A DNA stretch of 64,000 nucleotides from Okamejei kenojei (lineage: Eukaryota): NCBI GenBank assembly GCA_035221665.1, contig CM069132.1:7998001-8062000 (forward strand), written 5' to 3'. Each line of letters opens with the position of its first letter. The first letter of the stretch is position 1. The notes beneath the pieces were generated by a model. It searched no databases and had not been told where the DNA came from. It saw only the letters and a program-made list of their open reading frames with translations. Of this stretch, positions 1-12,856 are shown one piece after another. Both the position numbers and the translations under genes were made by a program.

Positions 1-293
1 GATCAATTTTGCTGGTTATTCGCATTTGCGGTCGGAATAGGGTTTCCCCACAGTCCATAACCGGCACACTCGTCGGGCTGCGAGACTGGCAGGAATGCCT
101 CTGTGAAAAAAGACTCCTGCCTGAAAAACCCTGGTAAGTAAAAAACCAAACTTACCTTTTAGGTTTAATTTACCGCTGGCAGGAGCTCTGCTCTGCCAGT
201 CTGGTGCCTGTGCTAGAGCGGCTGACGTACTGGTGCGCATGCGGCCTGGCGGGTCTTCTTCACGGAAACACTCACGTGACTCCGAAGTAAAAT
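1..293 (-). mobile_element. Terminus of a DIRS-like (tyrosine recombinase) retroelement, continuing off the left edge
   Basis: Ends in cactcacgtgactccgaagtaaaat, the same terminus as the 57746-58004 element; both have gcgcatgcg just inside the end. DIRS class inferred from the architecture of the 57746 copy. Confidence 0.5.
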
Positions 294-639
294 TATAGAT
301 AACTACAAGAGTAGATTATATTTTTACGTATATCACTAAAGACAATAATAAAAACAGACAGAAAACACGGCTTGTCGCAATGAATATTAAATTTGCCAGA
401 TATTAATATTATTTTGAATCACTGTATAGTAAGTGTTAGATTTTAAAATGTACCAATGGTGTTTGGGTTTCATGGGGAAGACTAAACAAATAGAGAAAAT
501 CCAATCCGACAAGATCCACAGAAGAGTTCTCCGATAAAGGTGAAGGGAAGTAAAATACTGAGAGATGCTGACGAACACAAAGCATAGTCCGAGGGAAACG
601 GAAGAAAACGCACAAGAAAAGACCCTCTGTAGTGCACCA

Positions 640-713
640 TCATGATGCGACAACCTATTTTTAGGTTGTCGCGTAAATGACGCACAAATGTCGCCCAAGT
701 GGGACAGGCCCTT
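640..713. mobile_element. Right end of a Harbinger-like MITE (fragment)
   Basis: Ends in gtgggacaggccct, the TIR of the MITE family at 1817-2124; internal hairpin gcgacaaccta/taggttgtcgc. Confidence 0.5.
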
Positions 714-1457
714 GACCCTGCAACCGCAGGAGATGCAACACCTGTCACTATATCTCCTCCCTCGACACTGTTCAAGGTCCCCGACAGTCCTTTCATGTTA
801 GGCAGAGGTTCATTTGCACCTCCTCCAACCTCATCTACGGTATCCATTGTTCAAGGTGTGAACTCTTAAACATCGGCGAGACCAAACGCAGACTGGGTGA
901 TTGTTTTGCTGAACACCTTCGCTCAGTCCGCCTGGACCTACCTGATCTCCCTGTTGCCAAACACTTTAATTCCCCTTCTCATTCCCACACAGACTTTTCT
1001 GTCTTAGGCCTCCTTCATTGTCACAGTGAGGCTAAATGCAAATTAGAGGAACTGTATCTCATATGTTGCTTGGGCAGCTTACAGCCCAGTGGTATGAATA
1101 TTGATTTCTCTAACTTCAATTAACCCTTGCATCCCCCCCACTCTCTCTCTCCATCCCTCCCCCACCAAGTCATATCAGCTTAAAAGTCGTCTTGTTGAGT
1201 CTCATTGTGTGTAACTTGTTCTCAACAAACCTAACAAACAGCTATGGCCTGTTTCCTTTATCATTTTTACCTTTTTGCACATCTTTCATTTATTTTCTTC
1301 TATATCTCTCTACATCACTGTCTATATCTTGTTTCCCTTTCTCGACTCTCAGTCGGAAGAATGGTCTCCACCCGAAACATTCCTTCTCTCCAGAGATGCT
1401 GTCTGACCCGCTGAGTTACTCCAGCTTTCTGCAGTATCTGCAGTTCCTTCCTACACC
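714..1457 (+). mobile_element. Penelope-like element 3' fragment (decayed GIY-YIG region plus pLTR tail)
   Basis: Plus frame near 809-920 reads CTSSNLIYGIHCSRCELLNIGETKRRLGDCFAEHL (GIY-YIG-like), followed by the ccagagatgctg...ctgagttactccagc tail and a degenerate hammerhead core near 1351-1380. Confidence 0.75.
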
Positions 1458-1816
1458 CTACAATAAGGCATCTGGCTGCTTGTCTTTATTTGCATTATGG
1501 AAGTCAACATGCCTGATGTGTTTAGATTTGCAAGCAATTAGTTAATCTGGAAAGGATTTACATCGAACAGTCTCAATCATTTTGCCACTTGGCTTTTTCC
1601 ATGCAATACTGGAAGCAATTTTGACCAGAGCAGTAGGATAACATGGTTGAGTCTATCATTTAAATTTTGATTTGACATATTCAATACAGTTTTAGATCAA
1701 TTCTTACAAACGTGTACACTTTAGGATTCGGGTCAATAACATTAACAATGGCTAATTGTAAGCACCACCGCCCACAGATGGACAGATGTGAATGTGATGC
1801 ACTGCTAAATGCATTA

Positions 1817-2124
1817 AAGGTCTGTCCCACTATACGAGTTTACCCACGAGCTCTCCCGAGTTTCAAAAAAAAATCAAACTCGTGGTGAGTATGTTGAATG
1901 TACGTAGCGGGTACGTCGGAGCTCGGGACGTCTCTTAGCGGCTCATAACGCTAACGGCAGGTACTCAGGAAACGCGGTAAGCTCGTGAAGTTTTTGCAAC
2001 ATGTTGAAAAATGTCCACGAGAGCCCCGAGTACCTACGAGCGGCTATTACCGTAATTCTCCGAGTTCAAATCAGGGGAAACTCGGGAGAACTCTTGAATT
2101 ACCTCGTACAGTGGGACAGGCCCT
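1817..2124. mobile_element. PIF/Harbinger-like MITE
   Basis: Long imperfect TIRs (ctgtcccactatacgag / ctcgtacagtgggacag), TTA on both flanks (1814-1816, 2125-2127); same family at 30782, 47754 and 55739. Confidence 0.75.
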
Positions 2125-2471
2125 TTAGCATTGAACAAAAAGGCAACATTGTGTGCAATCTCCAAAGGAATTCTATAATTTGATTGCTTCTCAATACTTA
2201 TCATGACGTTCTCCTTTATAACTTTATGCTAGTTCTTGCAGCTATTGTGCAAGCAAAAAACTGGCAAGCTTTTCCAAAGCTTCTGATCACTCTGGCAGTG
2301 CCAACAGATAAACGTAATCATCATTGGCGAGATAATACTGTTTCAACGACCAAAGTTCAAAAGAATCATCAGGTGATTAAACTTGAATAATTTTGAAAAG
2401 AAGAAATACATAATAGATTGGAATTTTTTGTTTTTAGCTAATTAGCCCATTACTGGGAAATAATACTTTAC

Positions 2472-2557
2472 CAGAGAACATTGACGAGTCGTGAGTGAAA
2501 TCCTGCATCTCCCCAAAGGCTCGTTTTTTACTGTTGTCTACATTGCCTTCTTCGATC
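2472..2557 (-). CDS. Candidate internal coding exon of an unidentified host gene (86 nt): (R)IEEGNVDNSKKRAFGEMQDFTHDSSMFS(G)
   Basis: Minus strand: pyrimidine tract ttattttttttgttcaag acceptor, CTG|gtaaag donor, only one open frame, non-repetitive sequence; phase 2 start, phase 1 end. Confidence 0.55.
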
Positions 2558-2829
2558 CTTGAACAAAAAAATAAGATTGAAAGATACTGTAAGTGACCAA
2601 TGGACTTACGGGGAGAACAAAAAAAAAATCCATTCAGCAACATTTTGTGCCACCTCCTTTCAGTCAAGCAATTTTTTTTAATGGATCTTAGATCTAAGGC
2701 AAGATGGTGCCATGCCCATGGCAGAACATTATTTTCTCATCTTGATCACAAAAGATCGAAGCTCCAAAATAAGAAATGAGGTTTACAAAATGAAGGTATA
2801 AAATATGTTAGTTGTATAAGAGAAGCGAG

Positions 2830-3220
2830 AATGAATATGAAAAGGGTGCAACAAAAAAAGATTCACCAGGATGTTACTGGGTCTGGAGGGTTTGAGTTAG
2901 AGGAGGGCTGAATCTTTTTCCACTGGAGTGCAGGAGGCTGCGCAGTGAGCTGATAGAGGTTTGTAATATCACAAGGAGCATAGAAATGGTTAATAGACAC
3001 AATATTTTCTCCCCGGATAAAGATGTCTATAGGTTGGGCACAGGTTTTATAGTGTTGGGGGGGGGATAATTAACAAAGGACAAAAGAGACAATTAGATGA
3101 GATATGGAACAGGATGCCAGTGGATGTAGTTGAGGCAGGCACAATAACAACATTTAAAAGACAACCTGGACAGCTGCATGGATCGGAAAGGTTTGGTTAG
3201 GCAATTTGTTTGCATGGATG
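2830..3220 (+). mobile_element. Old CR1-clade LINE 3' fragment
   Basis: Degenerate gattcaccaggatgtt...aggaggctg...catttaaaagaca motifs shared with other CR1 3' ends in the window. Confidence 0.55.
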
Positions 3221-3479
3221 AGTTACGCTCATCATTGTAGTTGTAGGTTCAATAAAATGACGCCTATATAACTGGTCAAGTTATTCAAAAGTCTGGTCCA
3301 GTAATCCAAGAGAACGCAAATAGGAATTTTTTGGGGTGAATACAATTTGAGATAAAATTGATCACAAATCTGTTAGATGAAAATCCAATTTATTCACCAT
3401 TTGAAAGGAAAAATAATTCCATTTTGCTTCCCATTTTCATACCAGGCAAACAGGTTATTCCCCTCTTTTCAAGCTTCTG

Positions 3480-3709
3480 AACGGTCCTTCCATGAGCTAG
3501 GGTACTGTCCGATTCACCCCTATCCCATTGCGGACTTTGGACTTCGTCTATGGAACTGATGCGCTACAATCATGAGAACAACTGCGCATCTTGCACTCTG
3601 TATCTTCCCCATTGCTCGACCTATTGTACTCGAGTTCAACTTGGTTGGTTTTATGTATGGTATTATCTGATCTAATAGGATAGCATGCAAAACAAAGCTT
3701 TTCGCTGTA
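3480..3709 (+). mobile_element. Rex1/Babar-type LINE 3' UTR, split by the CR1 at 3710-6603
   Basis: Ends in caaagcttttcgctgta; the continuation gtacacgtgacaataa resumes near 6617-6680. Confidence 0.55.
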
Positions 3710-6603
3710 TAGAAACATAGAAACATAGAAATTAGGTGCAGGAGGAGGCCATTCGGCCCTTCGAGCCTGCACCGCCATTCAATATGATCATGGCTGATCA
3801 TCCAACTCAGTATCCTGTACCTGCCTTCTCTCCATACCCCCTGATCCCTTCAGCCACAAGGGCCACATCCAACTCCCTCTTAAATATGGCCAACAAACTG
3901 GCCTCAACTACCTTCTGTGGCAGAGAATGCCACAGATTCACCACTCTCTGTGTGAAAAACGATTTTCTCATCTCTCGGTCCTAAAAGACTTTTTTTCCCC
4001 CTTATCCTTAAACTGTGACCCCTTGTCCTGGACTTCCCCAACATCGGGAAACAATCTTCCTGCATCTAGCCTGTCAACCCCTTAAGAATTTGTAAGTCTC
4101 TATGAGATCACCCCTCAATCTTTCTAAATTCCAGCGAGTACAAGCCAAAGTCTATCCAGTGTTTCTTCATATGAAGTCGTGCCATCCCAGGAATCAGTCT
4201 GGTGAACCTTCTCTGTACTCCCTCTATGGCAAGAATGGTCTTTCCTCAGATTAGGAGACCAAAACTGTACGCAATACTTCAGGTGTGGCCTCACCAAGAC
4301 CCCTGTACAACAGCAGTAGAACCTCCTGCTCTTGTACTCAAATCCTTTTGCTATGAATGCCAACATACCATTCGCTTTCTTCACAGCCTGCTGCACCTGC
4401 ATGCCTACTTTCAATGACTGGTGTACCATGACACCCAGGCCTCGCAGCAATCTCCCCTTTTCCTAATCGGTCACCATTCAAATAATAGTTTACCTTCCTG
4501 TTTTTGCCACCAAAGTGATAATCTCACATTTATCCACATTATATACTGCATCTGTCATGCATTTGCCCCACTCACAAAACAGTCTATCCACGTCATCCTG
4601 CAGCCTCCTAGCATCCTCCTCACAGCTAACACTGCCCCACAGCTAACACTGCCCCCCAGCTTCGTGTCATCCGCAAACTTCGAGATGTTGCATTTAATTC
4701 CCTCGTCCAAATCATTAATGTATATTGTAAATAGCTGGGTCCCAGCACTGGAGCCTTGTGGCACCCCACTAGTCACTGTCTGCCATCCTGAAAAGGACCC
4801 GTTCACTCCTACTCTTTGCTTCCTGTCTGCCAGCCAGTTCTCTATCCACATCAATACTGAACCACCAATACCGTGTGCTTTAAGTTTGTATACCAATCTC
4901 TTGTGTGGGACCCTTGTCGAAAGCCTTCATGAAAAGTCCAGATACAACACATCCACTGCTTTCTCCTTATCCACTCTACTAGTTACATCCTCAAAAAATT
5001 CAATTTAAGATTCTTTTTTTTTATTGTCAGACATGATTTACCCTTCGTAAATCCATGCTGACTTTGTCCAATGATTTCACCACTTTCCAAATGCGCTGCT
5101 ATCCCATCTTTAATAATTGACTCTTAGCAGTTTCCCCCACTACCGATGTTAGACTAACTGGTCTGTAATTCCCGTTTTCTCTCTCCCTCCCTTTTTAAAA
5201 AGTGGGGTTACATTAGCTACCCCTCCAATCCTCAGGAACTACTCCAGAATTTAAAGAATTTTGAAAAATTATCACTAAGGCATTGCTATTTCTGGGGCTA
5301 CTTCCTTTAAGTACCCTCGGATGCAGCCTATCTGGCCCTGGGGATTTATCGGCTTTAATCCATTCAATTTACCCAACACCACTTTCCGGCTAACCTGGAT
5401 TTCATCATTTCCTCCATCTCATTTGACCCGCAATCCCCTGCTATTTCGGCAAATTATTTATGTCTTCCTTAGTAAAGACAGAACCAAAGTAGTTATTCAA
5501 TTGGTCTGCCATGTCCTTGTTCCCATGATCAATTCACCCGTTCTGACTGCAAGGGACCTACATTTGTTTAAACTATCTTTTGCGCTTCACATATCGATAA
5601 AAACTTTTGCAGTCAGTTTTTATGTTTCCTGCCAGTTTTCTTTCATACTCCATTTTCCCTTTCCTAATTAAGCCCTTTGTCCTCCTCTGTTGGTCTCTGA
5701 ATTTCTCCCAGTCCTCTGGTAGGCTTCTTTTTCTGGCTAATTTGTACGCTTCATCTTTTTCTTTGATACTTTCCCTGATTTCTCTACGTTATCCACGGAT
5801 GCGCCACCTTCCCTGATTTATTCTTTTGCCATACTGGGATGAACAATTGTTGTAGTTCATCCATGCATCTTTAAATGCCTTCCATTGCATATCCACCGTC
5901 AACCCTTCAAGAATCTATTGCCAGTCCATCTTGGGCAATTCACGTCTCTTACCTTCAAAGTTACCTTTCTTTAAGTTCAGAACCCGTGTTTCTGAATTAA
6001 CAATGGTCACTCTCCATCCTAATGAAGAACTCAACCATATTATGGTCACTCTTGCCCAAGGGGCCACGTACAACAAGGCTGCTAACTAACCCTTCCTAAT
6101 TACTTAATATCCAGTCTAGAATAGCCTGCTCTCTCGTTGGTTCCTCCACATGTTGGTTTAGAAAAACTATCCCGCGTACATTCCAAGAAATTCTCTTCCT
6201 CAGCACCCCTCCAATTTGATTCCCCAATCTATATGTAGATTGAAGTCACCCATTATAATTGGTTTTACCTTCGTTGCACGCATTTCTAATTTTCCTGTTT
6301 GATGCCATCCCCAACTCCACTACTACTGTTAGGTGGCCTGTACACAACACCCACTAGCGTTTTCTGCCCCTTAGCGTTTCGCAGCTCCACATAATATCGA
6401 TTCCACAATCCTCCAAGCTAATGTCATTCCTTTCTATTGCGTTAATATCTCCTCTCTAACCAGCAACGCCACCCCACCTCCTTTTCCTCTCTGTCTATCC
6501 TTCCTGAATATTGAATATCCCTGGATGTTCAGCTCCCAGCCTTGGTCACCCTGGAGCCATGTCTCCGTGATCCCAACTATATCATAATTATTAATAGCTA
6601 TCT
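3710..6603 (-). mobile_element. CR1 LINE, 5'-truncated (~2.9 kb), frameshifted ORF2 (RT and part of endonuclease)
   Basis: Minus-strand frames with [53 protein letters not shown]; (tttctatg)n 3' tail at 3710-3730. Confidence 0.92.
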
Positions 6604-7504
6604 ATTATATATCATAGTACACGTGACAATAATATCAATAGTACACTATGACAATATCATAGTACACGTGACAATAATAAACACAAACCTTCAACTGCCA
6701 TATTCTTGTCTGTTCACTCATCTATATGCCTCTGAGGCCTACCTACATCCATTATACAGATTGCACTGCCCCTGCACCAAGTGAACCTTGATCCAAATCA
6801 AGGTGCAATTAATTATCCATTATGTACAGCAGGGTGAGTTTATTTTGTTTATTACATGCTAGCTATAAAACTAATAAAATAGCTAACTAAAAACAGAATA
6901 GTCATAAACTCAATAGTATAACGGCAAAACAATTTTCCCTTTGTTTGACCGTCAGAATTATTCATCATGCTGTTGAGATAATAGGAAAAGAATGTCAGTG
7001 ATAATATTTAACCAAGGGAACAGACTGGATCTATTTTAAGTTTTTTAGCAGTGATAACAAATACATTGCCACTCACTGGTTACTGTAGAGGATCAATTCA
7101 CTTTTCATGATTGTGTGGAGGATAAGAGGAGGAACTCCCCCGTGCATATTTTTAAAACTACTTAGCTGCATGTAATGAAACTTTTTAGGGCCTTATTCTA
7201 CTAAATAGAGTAGTAACTAAATAGAGTAGTAACTAAATTTTTTAAGATATTTCCATGTTGCTGCCAGAGCCAAAAAAGTGAAAGCAATTCTTCAACAGGT
7301 TTCTGTACCGGGCATCCTGCCACAGGAAGACAGGTGCAACAACAATTTTTGTATCGAGCTGCAAAATGGGGCTCATTGTGCAGACAAACCCAAGGCGTAA
7401 AACTGATTCAAGTAAATGGGTGGGTCAACATTTCCAAAGAAAATCAGCAGAATAGGGAATAGAATTAAATGAAGGATCTTAGACATGAACCATTCACATG
7501 AAAC

Positions 7505-7712
7505 GTTCGGCGGCGCATTGTAAGGAGTTGCTGCCTTACAACGCCAGAGTTCGATCCTGACTACGGGTGCTTGTCTGTACGGAATTTGTATGTACTTCCC
7601 GTGCCCACGTGGGTTTTCTCCGGCTGCTCCGGTTTCCTCCCACACTCCAAAGACGTGCAGGTTTGTAGGTTAATTGGCTTGGTATAATTGTAAATTGTCC
7701 TTAGTGTGTGTA
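7505..7712 (+). mobile_element. HE1/V-type tRNA-derived SINE (3'-truncated)
   Basis: B-box gttcgatcc and V-domain-like core gggttttctccggctgctccggtttcctcccac. Confidence 0.75.
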
Positions 7713-7713
7713 G

Positions 7714-8480
7714 ACTAGCTGTGACTAATGGTGTTCTGCGGGGGTCGGTGTTGGGTCCGCTACTTTTCACATTATAGGTTAATGATCTGGATGACGGAAT
7801 TGAAGGCATCACAGTCAGGTTAGTGGATAATATGAAGAATGGTGGAGGGGCAGGTAGTCTAGAGGAAGCAGGGATTCTGCAGAAGAACTTGGACAGGTTG
7901 AGAGAGTGGGCCAAGAAGTGGCAAATAGAATACAGAGTATATGGTCATGCTCATTGGTAGACGGAATAAAGGCTTAGACTACTTTCTAAATGGAGAGGGG
8001 TTTCAGAAATCGGAGGTGCAAGGGGACTTGGGAGTGTTGGTGCAGGATTCTCAAAAGGTTCATTTTTTGTTTGTGTATGAGGAGCGTTTGAAGGCTCTGG
8101 GCCTGTACTCGCTGGAGGTTGGGAATATGGGGGGGGGGGGGGGGTTGAAACCTACCGTACAGGAAGAGTGGACATGGAAAGGATGTTTCTAGTAATGGGA
8201 TTGTCTAATACCAGAGGGCACATCATCAGAATGGAGGTATTTCTTTAGTCAGAGGCTGGTGAACCTGTGGAATTCATTGTCCATGGATGTGGATGTGGAG
8301 GCTAAGACATTGGTTATTTTGAAAGCAGGGATTGATAGGTTCTTGATTAGGAAGGGCATCGAAGGCTACGGGGAGAAGGCAAGAGAATGGGGTTTAGAGG
8401 GAAAAATAGGTCAGCCATGGTTGAATGGTGGCATAGACTTGATGGGCTGAATGGCCTAATTCTACTCTATGTCTTATGGT
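7714..8480 (+). mobile_element. CR1 LINE 3' fragment with internal deletions
   Basis: Degenerate VTNGVLRGSVLGPLLF RT motif; 3' UTR gatgggctgaatggcctaattct. Confidence 0.75.
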
Positions 8481-9828
8481 ATCAAGTTGCTAGTTTAAAA
8501 AAACTGCAGTTTATAAACTGGCTGATGTATGTTCTATATTATAACATTAATTAATTATGCCTTTGAAACTACTCCAGTGAAGCACTTTGGGAGGATCTGA
8601 AGCTGTGAAATTTTTAAAATTTCATTTACATTTCTCTGTCCAAGTTATTATCGTTGCTAGAACTTCTAACTAAGCTTTGTTAAAGATACAAAAAAGCTGC
8701 TGTTAATATTGTGTCAAAACTAAACCACAGTTCCAACCGATGATCCACCTCCTCAGGTATCACTCATGTTACTTTTCAGAGTATAAAACAACTTTACACC
8801 AACACGTATTTGATTACACTATTTTCAAAACCAATGAAAACCTTAACTTTAACTGAATGTGTTTATTGATAATCTGAGAGCAGCAGTCTGATTTTTGAGG
8901 CAACAGCACTCTCGTTCAACCTCGTTCAACCTCTCGTTATACCTCGTTCAAATAATAATGCAATGTCTAAAACTCATTTCCAATTATGTCCTTGTTGACT
9001 CATTCATTCTTTGGAGTCATAAAACAAGTGAACCTAGTATCTCACAATGAAGCAATATTCCAAAATATTATCCTGTCTGCAACCAAGATACAGGAAATAA
9101 AATGATGTGATATCCTTGAACTTGCAGACTGAAAATGAAACAACACTCTGAACCAGAATGTGAAATATGACTTGGTTTTGCTCTCTTTTAAGGACTAAAT
9201 GTAAATAAAAACGTATGCAAAAATAACCCATTTTACTGTGATTTTATCACCTTCATCGAGGATATTTTTGGCAGTCTATTAGCAAAATGAAATAGATTTA
9301 GAACATGTCGCCACTGATCACAATCAGGATCCAGTCAAGGTTAGCCCGTAATCCTCAGGGCATTGTTCACCATTTCTGGTCTATGGGTGGAAACTTCCCA
9401 CTGCAGCAGCTGTAACCTTGTCATCAAAACACAAATGTTCACAAAAACATCTGGTGTTTAATTCATGTTCGGGATAATGATACTAATATTAGCTTAACGC
9501 ACAAAAAAATGACAACAATATACTTTCTATAGCGAGAGTTCACTTGATTTAATTACTGCTGATTTGCATGCAATCAGTGCACCTGTTTGCGAGCCTGCAA
9601 ACACTGCAGGCTCACTGGGAACAGTTTTACACCCACCGTTCAATTTGCATTCTGATGTTTCCATACAGTTATCTTCTGATCATTTAGTACCTCTACCTTT
9701 TTGTCTTAGACTTGTTGAACAAAGTGATGCTCCTTCCAGCGCTTTCTTTTTATTGAACAACCTGAAAGGTTGAGATTCCAGCCTCCTCTTCTTTTTTTTT
9801 TGCTTAGGCAGACAGCGGAAATTCCAAA

Positions 9829-10106
9829 GGGCTGCACGGTGGCGCAGCGTTAGGGCTACTGCCTTATAGCGCCAGAGACCCGGGTTCGATCCTGACCACG
9901 GGTGCTGTCTGCACATTCTCCCAATGACCCGCGTGGGTTTTCTCCGAGATCTTCGGTTTCCTCCCACGCTACAAAGGTACAGGTTTGTAGGTTAATCGGC
10001 TTGGTTATGAGTAAAATCGTCCCTAGTGTGTGTAGGGCACTGGCTGATGCGGACACGGTGAGTCGAAGGGCCTGTTTCCGCGCTGTCTCTCTAAACTAAA
10101 CTAAAC
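9829..10106 (+). mobile_element. HE1/V-type SINE
   Basis: A-box ggtggcgcagcg, B-box gggttcgatcc, V core, CR1-like tail gaagggcctgtttcc and (aaact)n. Confidence 0.85.
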
Positions 10107-10284
10107 TTCCATTCCAGTTTTCAGAGCTTTGAGTTAATAAATGAGGCCGATATGGGGACAGAGAGTATCTAAAAGAATGGCCAGGTGGTTAGTTTGTAAG
10201 ATGATACGCCCCTTCTGCCACTTATAAAGAATTCTCTGTGTTCTCAATGGACATGAAGGTCTCAATACTGCACTCAATCCTCCA

Positions 10285-10690
10285 TTTATACCTCACGCTG
10301 CCTCAGCAAGGCCAGCAGCACAATCAAGGACAAGTCACGCCCTGGCCACTCCCTCTTCTCCCCTCTCCCATCGGGCAAAAGGCATAGAAGTGTGAAAACG
10401 CACACCTCCAAATTCAGGGACAGTTTCTTCCCAGCTGTTATCAGGCAACGGAACCATCTTACCACAACCAGAGAGCAGTCCTGAAATACTATCTACCTCA
10501 TTGGAGACCCTTGGACTGTCTTTGATCAGACTTCATTGGCTTTATCTTGCACTAAACGTGACTGACTCCCTTATTATGTATCTGTGCACGGTGTATGGCT
10601 CGATTGTAATCATGTATTGTCTTTCAGCTGTCTGGTTGGTCAAAAGTTTTTCACTGTACCTCGATAGACATGACAAGAAACTAAACTAAT
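10285..10690 (+). mobile_element. Rex1/Babar-type LINE 3' end
   Basis: cgctgcctcagcaaggccagcagc...ttcttcccagctgttatcagg...ttttcactgtacctc...tgacaa; homologous to 22959-23430, 35630-36180 and 62255-62562. Confidence 0.7.
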
Positions 10691-10890
10691 TACTCCTCCA
10701 TTTTTGAGTGGTCATGTTCTACAGATTCTTAAGACTCAGTGGGGATGTCACATTTGTTCAAAAAAGCTGTTGAGTACATTCTTGAATATTTCACTGTTTT
10801 AACCAAATAGCCCCTTCCTACTCAGAACTCATCTTCCTCAAGAGGTGATTCAGAAGATGCAAAGTAGTCAATGTTTTCCAGGGAAACTTC

Positions 10891-11480
10891 TAATCAATCG
10901 CAATCGCAATAATACTTTATTAGCCAAGTATATTTTGCAACATACGAGGAATTTCATTTGCCAAGTCAGTCATACAATAAAAAGCAACAGAACACACAAA
11001 ATACAATTTAACATGAACATCCACCATAGTGACCCCTCCACATTCCTCACTGTGATGGAAGATGGAAAAAAAGTTCAAATCTCTTCCCTTCTTTGTTCTC
11101 CCGCGGTCGGGGACCTCGAACCCTCCGTTGACGGGATGATCTTGACTCCCGTAGCCGGTGGCGAGCCATCCGCATCTGGGGGGATGTCAGCTCCTGCATC
11201 GGGCGGATGCCAGCTCCCCCGCGCCAGGCAATCGAACCCCGCGTCGGGGCTGGTCGAGCCTCTGCGTTCGTTAGAGCTCCCGACTAGCCTCTCCCAAGAC
11301 TGCGAGCTCTCGGTGCAAAGTCCGCAGGCCGCGGTTGGAGTGATCTCAGGCAAGGGATCGGCCCCGATGTAAGTCCATCGGGGCCGATCCCTCGCGATCC
11401 ATCGATGTTAGGCCGCAGAGCGACCAGAGAATGTGATCCGAAAAATAATCGCATCGCAGGCAAGGTAAGAAACTGAAAAA
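10891..11480 (-). mobile_element. GC-rich non-autonomous retroelement with (gattgc)n-type tail
   Basis: Reverse-complement homolog of 50665-51140; shared gaaattcctcgtatgttgcaaaa...cttgg..aataaa terminus with short tandem tail. Confidence 0.6.
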
Positions 11481-12856
11481 AAAAGTGCAGCGGGGGCAAT
11501 GTGGTGGAGGACTTTGGTTTTGCTATTCTGTATCGAAATTTGGGAGACTGGTGGTCAGTCAGGCAAAGTCCTGACGCAGGGACTCGAGCCAAATACTGAT
11601 AGTTTCTTCCCCACAGATGCTGTTTGACCTGCTGAGTTTCTCCAGCCATTTGATTTTTGCTATTACTGGCTCTGTTGGCCTGGAAGAAGACAGACATTGG
11701 TTCCCTTATCCATCCAGCTAATTGAGGGTTTTATGGAGGCAGTGTTGGTAGTGTTTTCCCAATGCCTTGAGGAACTTGCTGCGGATAATCCAGCTTTCAG
11801 CAACAAATGGATTACCGTTCCCCATGAGCAGGTTGGGAGTTTTGTACTAGGCCCAATAACTTGATCTTCCAGACCCGAAACGTCACTCATTCCTTCTCTC
11901 CAGAGATGCTGCCTGTCCTGCTGAGTTACTCCAGCATGTTGTGTCTATCTTCGGTGTAAACCAGCATCTGCAGTTCTTTCCTGCGCATCTGGATCTTCTA
12001 AGATCCTTTTCCAAAAGGATGTGTTGTTGCATTGAAGGTGGTGGCCAGTTTCATCATCAACAAAGCCAAGAGGTGGTATCCAAGGTACGGGAAGTGTCAC
12101 ATTCTCCAATGTCTCACCATGATGTTTTCTGCTGAAGGCCGATCTGTTGCCGTGGGGTCAGATCAATTGTGTGCTTCCTCTTGCAGGTAGCGTCGTGCAG
12201 CACGGAAACATGCCTTTTAGCCCAACTCATCCATGCTGACCAAGATGCTGCTTCTTAGCTAGTTCCAGATACCCACGTTACCCCAGATCTTGATTTACAA
12301 CCCTAGTCTTGTATCCTTCAGCCGGTCCAAACATTTTGAACCTTTCTTTAACTCTCCCTCAATAAATCATTCCCTCTTATTTTTTTTCCCCATGTCGGAA
12401 TTAATTCTCACTCTAATTTATACTTTCTCTTGCATGCTTACACTGTTAATTTCATAATTCTTTAACTCGATTCGTTGGTGAAATGCAGTTGCTTTCCCGG
12501 CTCACCCGGAGAGGGTGTTTCTCCACTGATTTCAGTCCGGATTTTCTGAACTTGGTTTGTAAAATAGCAAGTCTCGCACTAGACCCAGTTTGATATCTTG
12601 GGAAAGCATAACATTTCTAAAATTACATTATGTAGTGTTGAAAAACATTTACAGCTCTAAATACTTCACATTTTTGCACCTCCTGCAGTACATATCAACT
12701 TTTTTTGAAAAACAAATTCTAAAATTGTAGTACTTTTTTGCTTTTATTCTTGTGATTATAATAATCAAAATTATGTACAATACGGTCTATTTTCTAGTTG
12801 GCATATTCACAAACATGCTGGGAGCACAGCAAGCTGAGAACAACTGTGGGTCATAC

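Noticed and set aside
4421-5008. 195-aa plus-strand ORF
   Set aside because: Antisense frame of the CR1 reverse transcriptase region.
7200-7238. Short tandem duplications (ctaaatagagtagtaa x2; also ctcgttcaac repeats at 8911-8951)
   Set aside because: Ordinary slippage-scale duplications with no further structure.
9251-9275. Possible 25-nt minus-strand microexon (ctaatag ... AAG|gtgata)
   Set aside because: Weak donor, too short to assess, and its phases do not bridge the other candidate exons.
9829-9905. tRNA-like sequence with A and B boxes (also at other SINE heads)
   Set aside because: SINE heads continuing into the V core; no complete cloverleaf or terminator.
10845-11372. 175-aa ORF and similar ORFs at 50450-51041
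   Set aside because: Lie in GC-rich repeat copies where long ORFs arise by chance; no recognisable domain.
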